64,000 nucleotides of DNA from a virus. Lineage: Duplodnaviria > Heunggongvirae > Uroviricota > Caudoviricetes. The first letter of the stretch is position 1. Each line of letters begins with the position of its first letter. Of this stretch, positions 56,805 through 64,000 are shown piece after piece. Position numbers and translations under genes: made by a program. Under the pieces are notes generated by a model. That model was not told where the DNA came from and did no database searches. It saw nothing but the letters and a program-made list of their open reading frames with translations. The stretch is taken from IMG/VR virus record IMGVR_UViG_3300006139_000503; one strand, given 5' to 3'.

Positions 56805-57197
56805 CTACTGCGCAACAGTGATGTTGGACATGATTGCCTGTCTCTCAGCCTTAATCTCATCAATAACCCCCGGAAGTTTCTCTTCCAGCTTGCCTAAGTT
56901 GACGATTGCCGCACCAAGCTCGTCTGCTACGAACTCCTCGATATCGTCGCCGTCATACCCTGTAGTCATCGTCAGAACCGCCAGCTTCTCCTCATCCCGT
57001 GTTTCCATCTGGAAGGAAGCACCGAACTTATTGATTCCGCCTTCCCCTACTCCCAGGGCAAAGATAGGCTCCTTCCCATCTTCCCCGCCTCTCAGGGTGA
57101 GTGCATCCGGACGGTACTTCTTAACCATCTTGATATCCTCCAGTTTCAGTGTGCTGGTTACTACTACTGCCTGTCCTGCGATTGTGATTTTTGCCAT
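56805..57197 (-). CDS. Hypothetical protein
   Basis: 130-aa ORF. Confidence 0.4.
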   Translation of the reverse strand: MAKITIAGQAVVVTSTLKLEDIKMVKKYRPDALTLRGGEDGKEPIFALGVGEGGINKFGASFQMETRDEEKLAVLTMTTGYDGDDIEEFVADELGAAIVNLGKLEEKLPGVIDEIKAERQAIMSNITVAQ

Positions 57198-57337
57198 AAT
57201 TTTGTTCTCCTTTTTTATTTTATATTTACTCCGTTTGCGTTACCCGTTCACGCTTGGGATGGCATTCCCGGAAGCCGAGCATCAGTGAACATACCGGCAG
57301 GCTAAACCTAAAACCCGCCGGCTTATAGAAAGAAAGG

Positions 57338-57910
57338 TTATACATGGGCTTTTCCATCCTCGAATTCCATGCACTCGTATGGGTATTCTTCGTAGAATTC
57401 CTCACCGGTTTCTACATCTTCCATCCTCATTGGACGGAATATCGGAACTTCCCATTCCCGTGCCATATATTCCAGGAAACGCTCTTTCAAGTCCTCAAGC
57501 ATCTCCTCCATGTCATCGCCATCGTAATACGGCTCGCCCCCAATGACCGCCAGGTAAAACTGGCGAACCGCATCATCCAGTTCCTGCTCCCTCTCCTCGA
57601 TTGCGATGAGTTCATCCTCTTCCTGGGACTCATCATCACCAAAGATGTCCATTGCTTTGGATGTCAGGAACTTTTCGTAAATCTCCTCTGCTGTTTTCCA
57701 ACAATAGGAACTTCCCACGAGGATTTCACTGAATTCCTCTTCGCCGTCGACATACACCACTATCTCCGGCCACTCGTCCCCTACCGTTATATAGATTTCC
57801 ACACCGTAGTCAGAATTGCTCGCGACCCTGTGCATCGACGTTCTAAGGTCGTCTTTTTTCTCTTTGTAATAATCCCATAATTCATGTGGCTGTATTGCTA
57901 TGTTCTGCAT
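57338..57910 (-). CDS. Hypothetical acidic protein
   Basis: 190 aa. AGAGGTGA lies 5 nt upstream. A 50-bp duplicate of its 3' end occurs at about 55945-55995. Confidence 0.45.
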   Translation of the reverse strand: MQNIAIQPHELWDYYKEKKDDLRTSMHRVASNSDYGVEIYITVGDEWPEIVVYVDGEEEFSEILVGSSYCWKTAEEIYEKFLTSKAMDIFGDDESQEEDELIAIEEREQELDDAVRQFYLAVIGGEPYYDGDDMEEMLEDLKERFLEYMAREWEVPIFRPMRMEDVETGEEFYEEYPYECMEFEDGKAHV

Positions 57911-58200
57911 GGCTTCACCTCTCTGTATACAGCTTCTTTAAATGCTTTTGCCGGCCTGAAAACCGGGGCAACATGTGCCGGGATATGCACCGGCCTTCCT
58001 GCACATATGTTCCTTCCTGTTCTCGCTTTCTTTTCCACTGGCTCAAATGTCCCGAACCCGGAAATGGATACCTTTTCACCACCCGCCGTGGCCGACACGA
58101 CGTTTCCCAGCAGCGACTCCGTGATTTCCCTCACTACATCAGGGCTGTACTTGGTGTCCTTAGAAACCTTACGAACCATATCTTCCTTATTCAATCTCAT
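57898..58200 (-). CDS. HU/IHF-family nucleoid-associated DNA-binding protein
   Basis: Core VSISGFGTFEPVEKKARTGRNICAGRPVHIPAHVAPVFRPAKAFKEAV matches the HU beta-arm region (GFGxFE..R.ARxGRNP.TGE.I.I.A..VP.F..GK.LK). Confidence 0.8.
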   Translation of the reverse strand: MRLNKEDMVRKVSKDTKYSPDVVREITESLLGNVVSATAGGEKVSISGFGTFEPVEKKARTGRNICAGRPVHIPAHVAPVFRPAKAFKEAVYREVKPCRT

Positions 58201-58403
58201 CCCTCCTCGTTTTATATTCTTGAACTGCTGCGGAGGCTCAGCGCCCCGCAGCCCGTCCGTGTACTTGTTGCTCGCTTTTATTTATCTAAAACCTTCTGGA
58301 TTTCCCCTATTTACACAACCGGCTCTGACACTGGGCAAACAATCAGTGTCAGAGCCATTAAGAAAGGAGGTTCCAAAAATAGTCAGTAACCTTTTTTATG
58401 TTT

Positions 58404-58841
58404 TCAGTATTTCGTAACTACATCGTACCGCCAGCCGACTGCATCCGTGTAGTTGTTGCCCCATTCGTAGACACAGTACGTTGTCACCCTGGAACCCTTG
58501 CGGATTCCCTTCAGCCCGCTGTAGTTCATGTAGTAGCCATGTTCTTTCCCGGTATTGAAAACCTTGCCGTCTCCATTCCGGTTCATGACCTTGCCTTTGC
58601 AAACCTCGACGATGATTTCCCCGGAGCCTTTTCTGCGTAGGAGCATCCGGTTCGTCAGGTTCTTCGTCTGGATGAACTTCACTTTTCCATACTTACTAAA
58701 CTTTTTACTAATCGCCCGCCTTGCCTGCCTGCAGGTTTTATACTGCCTGTCCGATGACGCATGTGCTGTCTGCGAAACCAGCAGCAGCATTGCAAGAACC
58801 GCTATTACCATCAATATCAGCCTTTTTATACCTTTTCCCAT
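58404..58841 (-). CDS. Hypothetical secreted protein
   Basis: N-terminal signal peptide MGKGIKRLILMVIAVLAMLLLVSQTAHASS. 145 aa. Confidence 0.45.
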   Translation of the reverse strand: MGKGIKRLILMVIAVLAMLLLVSQTAHASSDRQYKTCRQARRAISKKFSKYGKVKFIQTKNLTNRMLLRRKGSGEIIVEVCKGKVMNRNGDGKVFNTGKEHGYYMNYSGLKGIRKGSRVTTYCVYEWGNNYTDAVGWRYDVVTKY

Positions 58842-59004
58842 CCTTTTACCCTCCTGGATTCCCTAATTTTATGCTTCCACTTCAGATAATGCTGCCGCGT
58901 TGCCAAAACTCAGGGGCATTTTGACCTTGAGCTTTAGAATTAATCCTATCTTCGACATCAACTATGTGTGATTACCGCCGCGATTCACGACGGTATCTTT
59001 CCCA

Positions 59005-59286
59005 TCAGTCGTAAACCCAGCACTCCTTCGTAAAAAGCAAGTACAAAGCAAGCACCGCGATGAAGATAATCCCGCACATGTCGCAGGGGATTCCGTTGTT
59101 GCCCTCGAACTCCCACACAGTGATAAGCACGCATATAAGCAATATTTCTATCGCCACAAGCCGCTGCTTTAACATCCTGAGGCGTTTACCCCGCTTGCTG
59201 CGTTTTGCATATTCTCTTCTGCCCACAAAAACCCTCCTGTTATCTCCCTGGATATCTAAGCGCCCAGCCCTTGCATTATCAGCCAT
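59005..59286 (-). CDS. Small membrane protein, duplicate of 48814..49095
   Basis: Nearly identical at the protein level. Confidence 0.45.
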   Translation of the reverse strand: MADNARAGRLDIQGDNRRVFVGRREYAKRSKRGKRLRMLKQRLVAIEILLICVLITVWEFEGNNGIPCDMCGIIFIAVLALYLLFTKECWVYD

Positions 59287-60022
59287 ATGACCACTCTGAA
59301 ATCCACCTTGCCGCAGCGTCATCTACCATGTACTGCGGGTTTAAATCCCGGTACGAGCCGCAAGAGAAGTACTCGCAGAAATCCTGCCAGAGATTCCTGA
59401 AGTATGTTCTGGACGACTGTTTGTACCTGTCTGAATGCGCCCCGCCAAGAAGCTGGCTGACCCGCCGCCTTGCCGCCTGCAAAAGTTCCTGCTGTTGCTT
59501 ATAGTTGATTGTGGAGTAGTCGAGCATCGACTGGAATATGCTTGCACACCCGGTCAGTGCATGGACTGCATCTGCAAAACCCTCTTGCGTAAGAACCATC
59601 CCTGTTTCTTCCGGGGTAGCGGATTCCACTACTTCTTTCATCTTGAAGTATGTGTTCACCAAATCCCTCTGGACTTTCCAGGCTAAGTCGTCAGTAAAAG
59701 ACTTTACTAACATGAGATAGCCGCTTTCGGTAAGAAGGGTTACGTTATTCTGCTGCCGCAAGTCCATATCCCCAATCGCTGTCCGAAATTCGGACGGCGT
59801 TATTTTAAAGAAATCCGTCCCCTCAAGAAATCGCCTCCTATTATCGTTGAACCGCCTTCTTGCTGTCCCGTCCGGCCTCTGATGTACCCTGTCAACATCC
59901 TTGAACGTCACAACCCTGTTCCCCTGATACTCTTTGACCTGTAATTCCGTCCCCTGAATTAATGCTACATTTTCCACTGTGAATACCTCTTTCATTTTAT
60001 TTTTATCTTGATAGGAGCGCAA
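59279..60022 (-). CDS. Antirepressor paralog, ORF6N + ORF6C (duplicate of 49088..49807 with a divergent central segment)
   Basis: Same N- and C-terminal sequences. The central 30 residues differ. Confidence 0.65.
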   Translation of the reverse strand: MRSYQDKNKMKEVFTVENVALIQGTELQVKEYQGNRVVTFKDVDRVHQRPDGTARRRFNDNRRRFLEGTDFFKITPSEFRTAIGDMDLRQQNNVTLLTESGYLMLVKSFTDDLAWKVQRDLVNTYFKMKEVVESATPEETGMVLTQEGFADAVHALTGCASIFQSMLDYSTINYKQQQELLQAARRRVSQLLGGAHSDRYKQSSRTYFRNLWQDFCEYFSCGSYRDLNPQYMVDDAAARWISEWSYG

Positions 60023-60185
60023 ATCGCGACCCCATTTGCCATTTGAGGTGTTGCCAGATTAGCAACACCTGAGAAGCAATTCCCCTATCGCTTCTATAAT
60101 GCAAAATCCCTGCTTATCATTTTAATGTTCCAAGATGAGGGGGCGTTTTGCCCCCCCCCATATTCCTTTTTATCTTGATAAGGGG

Positions 60186-60638
60186 TCACGAATCGTTACC
60201 CCTTGCTTGTTCTTGCATCATAGATTCTATATTGCTCATCCGCTCATAAACCATTTTCATATCGCAGCTCATAGCTTCAAACATAGATTCCATCGTGCCC
60301 TCAGATGGTGCAATATACCTGCCTGTTTTGCGAATTGCAGGAAGAACCTCGGATGTTACCCAGTGCTTGAAACGCTTCGCGGATTCCAGCTTGCTGCCGA
60401 AGATGAGGGAGTATAGGCCGGATTCGTTAATTATCGTCATTGTCTGCTCTCCTCTAGGGGTGGTGATTCGCCACCCCCTTTTATCTTCTTCGTCAATATG
60501 GGCTTTCAAGGAATTTACTGTATCCTTATACCCCAGCGCAACCGCCACGTCTTTCCCAACTAACCAAGGCTCACCATCAATAACCACCGTCCTAATTTCA
60601 CCAAATTCCTCGTTGCTGAAAATCTCAATCCCTTCCAA
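60186..60638 (-). pseudogene. C-terminally truncated Bro-N antirepressor paralog
   Basis: Bro-N domain is intact (FSNEEFGEIRTVVIDGEPWLVGKDVAVALGY). The ORF stops after MQEQARGNDS where the paralogs continue into the ORF6C domain. Confidence 0.45.
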
Positions 60639-60990
60639 ATCCGCTTTCCCTCCTAAATTATTTTCGTTAGTTCCCAGTCAAATACCCTTTTCCGCGTTTT
60701 ACCCTACGACATTTCTAAACCAAGCGGGCAGATTTCACCCTCTTGGTTTAACTCGTGAAAATTCTCACATCTCGATTTTTTATCTTGATATGGCGTCATG
60801 ATTCGTGACTCCATTTGGGGTTCGTCCGAAAAACGGACAAACCCCGTATTTCTTACTGTCCCTCCCTCCATTTTTATACATATATACTAAAAAGCCCACC
60901 TTACAGTGGACTTTCTTCGTTCAAATTCACAAATCAAAAAATTACAATTTCCCTGTTGACTTTCTGTGCATTTCGTGGCATACTAGATAC

Positions 60991-61133
60991 GAACAAGTTT
61001 GATTGTGCTTGTTCACCAAAAAAATTGTGGTTGTTGTTTTATGCAGCCTCTATTTCTTGATGTGAGTCGGAATGGTTTCCGACTAAATAGTAATACCCGT
61101 ACAGTCGAGCTGCAACTCGGCTGTACTTTTTTT
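60991..61133 (+). ncRNA. Candidate sRNA, copy 2 (duplicate of 50898-51042)
   Basis: Identical promoter TTGACT-17-CATACT (60956-60984), the same hairpins, and terminator gtacagtcgag-ctgcaa-ctcggctgtac followed by T7. Confidence 0.4.
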
Positions 61134-61228
61134 CTCAAAAACCATTTCAAACATCTGTTTGCACTATCCTACCACAAACCTCACGCAATGTCAATACTAA
61201 CATCGTACAAATGTTCTCAATTTCCCGA

Positions 61229-61993
61229 CTATGTTTCTACATACCGCCACGACCCGATATATCCCAGCGCGGCATCAAAGTAGACAGGGTTCAAGTCCTT
61301 ATACGAACCGCCGCACTCAAACTCCGCTTTTAACCCATTCCATAAGTTAATGAAGTAGCTTTTGGAGCGGCTCTTATATTCCTCAGAATGTGCGCCGCCT
61401 AGCAGGTGGTTAATCCTATCTTTTGCAGCCTTGTAAATTCTCTGTTGCTGTCTGGTGGTTAAGGTCATGTTGTCTACTACCTGGTTTAATTTCCCTGACT
61501 GTTCCTGCATCATGGATTCTACATTACTTATCTGCTCGCACATAGTTTCTATTTTGCCTTCCAAACCCATTCTTGCATCAAACGCAGACTTCTGTTCGTC
61601 TGTCTCGTAAAATGCCTTGTGAAGCACGTCTGCGGCTTCTAGCTGATACGAGAGGAGCTTCTGCGCTGCCTCTGGATTTTCCCTTTGCATGGTTGGAGTT
61701 ATATTGATTTGGGCAAGCCACATAGGTACAAACTTTTCAGCAATTACAATAATATTACGCCTTACATCTCTACTTCCCTCTTTTTGAACTGGATCAAATT
61801 TGATCCAGTTGCCCTTAAAGAGAATAGATGATTCAATCCTTCTTATTTCCTTTTTTGCCTGCCCTTCTGACAGTCCAATATCAAGGCACACTTTCTTAAC
61901 AGCCAGCCAAACTTTCCCATCTGGTGTTCTAACTCCCAACATCGTACCTCCGCTAAACGGAATCTCTTTTACCTCCGCTCTCATACTTACCAC
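61229..61993 (-). CDS. Antirepressor/regulatory protein paralog with KilA-N/Rha-like N-domain and ORF6C C-domain
   Basis: The C-terminus is shared with the Bro-N paralogs (TTRQQQRIYKAAKDRINHLLGGAHSEEYKSRSKSYFINLWNGLKAEFECGGSYKDLNPVYF). The N-terminal domain is distinct. Confidence 0.55.
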   Translation of the reverse strand: MVSMRAEVKEIPFSGGTMLGVRTPDGKVWLAVKKVCLDIGLSEGQAKKEIRRIESSILFKGNWIKFDPVQKEGSRDVRRNIIVIAEKFVPMWLAQINITPTMQRENPEAAQKLLSYQLEAADVLHKAFYETDEQKSAFDARMGLEGKIETMCEQISNVESMMQEQSGKLNQVVDNMTLTTRQQQRIYKAAKDRINHLLGGAHSEEYKSRSKSYFINLWNGLKAEFECGGSYKDLNPVYFDAALGYIGSWRYVET

Positions 61994-62211
61994 CTTCCAT
62001 ATAATAATTACAATTCGCTAACCCAAGAAATCCCGTTGGACATTCCAGGGATAATGATAAAAACCCTACGTTGCTCCAAATCTAAAAAACCTCAGGGCGG
62101 GCGGGATTCCCTGGGATTCTGGAAAACCCAAAAACCCCAGGAAAACCAGCTACCGCCCGCCGTTCTTCCCCTCATCCAAAACAAAACTGAAAAACCAGCC
62201 TTATCGCGGGC

Positions 62212-62970
62212 TTATTTGCTCGCCTTGAACTCAATCCCATACGCCTTATTCAGCACAACACGGTGGCAGATTTCCGCGAGATACTGCCGCATGAACTTAT
62301 GGTTCGCGCAGGTGACGGTTAAGGCTTTCCGCCCTTTCCGGCTGTATACGGATATCAGGAAGTTCACGTCATGGGATTTCGCCTTATATTCCTCGCCTAC
62401 CATTGCCTGGACTACCGAATTTAAGGTTTTCAGGATGTTCGTTTTGCTCGTCGGCGTTTTCCCCATGTCAATTTCCTTGCTGATATCACTCATAGCATAA
62501 CTGTCGTTTACCGCTTTCGGGTCGATACCGAGGTCGACCGCTTTCTGCGCGGTCATAAGCATATTAAACTTCTCCGCCATATACACCCACTGTTTGTCAG
62601 CGCCGATTCCGTCGCCGCCTACGTGCTTATGAAGCTTCAGTAAGTCGATAGGGCGTTCGATATCCTCAACTACGCGGACAGGAATCTTCTCTTCGCCCTC
62701 TTTCGTGTCCCTCACACGGATAGTCGGGTATGTCAACTGCTTTACCGCTTCTAGCATCGGATTTTCAGACGCTTTAAGGGCGTCGAAAACCTCTTTGCGG
62801 GCGATAGATGTATACTCGTTCACGTCAGCGCTGATAGCGTCGTTAAGTTTTGCCGCTTCTTCGAAATCGCTATTCTGGACAAAATCGTTAAACTCTTTTA
62901 CCTGCGCTTCCACTCTTTCCCTTAGTTCCGCCTTGCTTAATACCTTCTTTTCTACTGTTGTGTTTGCCAT
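62212..62970 (-). CDS. Hypothetical protein
   Basis: 252-aa ORF. I recognise no domain. Confidence 0.4.
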   Translation of the reverse strand: MANTTVEKKVLSKAELRERVEAQVKEFNDFVQNSDFEEAAKLNDAISADVNEYTSIARKEVFDALKASENPMLEAVKQLTYPTIRVRDTKEGEEKIPVRVVEDIERPIDLLKLHKHVGGDGIGADKQWVYMAEKFNMLMTAQKAVDLGIDPKAVNDSYAMSDISKEIDMGKTPTSKTNILKTLNSVVQAMVGEEYKAKSHDVNFLISVYSRKGRKALTVTCANHKFMRQYLAEICHRVVLNKAYGIEFKASK

Positions 62971-63439
62971 ATCGTTTTCTCCTTTCGGCTATTTATTTTT
63001 ATGGATAAGCCCATAACAGAACACCCGAAACGATGCCGCGTAGCCAGATTCATAACTAAAGTCTCGGATGCTCTATATATGCTCATCAACCGCCCCGGAG
63101 GGCGGCTGTCTCAATATTCTATTGTCTTCCCTTTACTCTGTCTTTTCAGACGTCCAGAAACAATCCGGCATTTAATTCCTCGGAACATAGCCGATGTGCC
63201 CTCGGGCACTGATATCGTTGCGTTGGACGCCCTCGAAGATTTTCAAGGTGAAGTCCCTCATGGTGACGCATTCAGGCAGATGCGACCTCTTTTCACATCT
63301 AATTGGGTGTAACTCTGGGGGTTTTCACTATCCGAACCATAGGCTTACTTCCTACGCACCCAGCGACGCATCTGGTAGCAGATGTACTCTCACAGGCGGA
63401 TAACCGCTCGTGCACTGATTACTCAGAGCGATAGTATCT

Positions 63440-64000
63440 TTTAAAACCGCTATCGAGTCGGTTTAAGGGCTTCCACCTTGTACCGTAAAGGGGGGAGTAA
63501 ACAACCGTTCGTTCCCCCGGCTTCCCAGCTCGTGCTGGCGGGGGGCGTTTGGCTTGCCCTCACTCTCTACCGCAAAGGGGGGGCAAACAACCGTTTGTGT
63601 CCCCCAGCTTCCCGGTTCACTCTGGCGGGGGCGTTTGGCTTGCCCTCACTCTCTACCGCAAAGTAGTGACCCTGAACATCCGTTCGTGTTCCCCCGGCTT
63701 CCCAGCTCGCACTGGCGGGGGCGTTTGGTTCGCCCTCACTCTCTACCGCAAAGGGGCAGGCAAACAACTGTTCGTATCCCGGCTTCCCAGTTCGTGCTGG
63801 CGGGGGCGTTTGGCTTGCCCTCACTCTCTACCGCAAAGGTACAACCGGAACAACCGTTCGTCCCCCGGCTTCCCAGCTCGTGCTGGCGGGAGTCGCTCGG
63901 TTTCCCTCACTCTCTACCGCAAAGGGGGGAGTAAACAACCGTTCGTGTCCCGGCTTCCCAGTTCGTGCTGGCGGGGGGGGCTTGGGTTCCCCCACTCTCT
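63440..64000. repeat. Tandem array of about six 85-90-bp GC-rich repeat units (continues past window end)
   Basis: Conserved unit core ccggcttcccagctcgtgctggcgggggcgtttggcttgccctcactctctaccgcaaag plus a 25-30-nt semi-variable segment (g5-6 ..aaacaaccgttcgt.. c4-5). Unit lengths of 85, 86 and 90 are not multiples of 3. Confidence 0.75.

Noticed and set aside
63440-64000. Possible CRISPR array
   Set aside because: Units are 85-90 bp and roughly 85-90% identical along their whole length. The spacer-like segments are related to each other rather than unique. No cas genes are nearby. It fits a degenerate tandem repeat better.

Overview
The window is phage- or prophage-derived DNA from a low-GC Gram-positive (Clostridia-like) genome. 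Shine-Dalgarno sites are strong GGAGG-type and almost all genes lie on the minus strand. I could not fix the element boundaries from sequence alone.

Left part, 0.5-30.5 kb:
- An amidase endolysin with an SH3b domain marks the end of a lysis module.
- Next comes an accessory region: an orphan RHH regulator, a Panacea-domain (DUF4065) antitoxin with a putative toxin partner, and two tandem DUF1703 (AAA-ATPase-like / PD-(D/E)XK) paralogs.
- A large serine recombinase sits at 6975-8552.
- Beside it is an AT-rich two-gene cassette, one gene encoding a multi-TM protein.
- A long minus-strand early/replication module follows: NrdDG, a 5'-nucleotidase, PhoH, a ClpP-like protein, a dNTP pyrophosphohydrolase-like protein, a ThyX-like protein, a DnaE-type polymerase, primase, DnaB helicase, a Cas4-like nuclease, SSB and Erf.
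- Bro-N/ORF6N antirepressors, an HD hydrolase and small hypotheticals close this part.

At 30.6-33.4 kb there are host-like genes: a DUF4143 ATPase and a cysteine desulfurase.

Right part, 33.6-64 kb, is a mosaic accessory/mobile region:
- Three copies of a 32-aa Fst-like hydrophobic peptide gene, each with a convergent antisense promoter (the third copy is at the window start).
- A second, unrelated small toxin-like peptide with a consensus promoter.
- A tyrosine integrase next to a tRNA 3'-end-like fragment, and an HPr-like protein.
- An SPFH/band-7 protein with a small membrane partner.
- An IS110-family insertion with a long 5' non-coding region that is a bridge-RNA candidate.
- A retron/DRT-like reverse-transcriptase cluster (RT, a hypothetical protein, a classic AAA+ ATPase) whose intergenic regions all carry a recurring hairpin motif. 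This is my top candidate for an undescribed system.
- A ThiF/E1-like protein.
- A 2.3-kb segmentally duplicated array of Bro-N/ORF6C antirepressor paralogs. Each paralog is preceded by a 15-bp palindromic operator, and the array carries a duplicated candidate sRNA.
- A Uma2 endonuclease, a JAB/JAMM protein, a ubiquitin-like small protein and an HU-like protein.
- An ~87-bp tandem repeat array at the right edge.

Coordinates that I derived by hand (small peptides, promoters, hairpins) may be off by a few bases.
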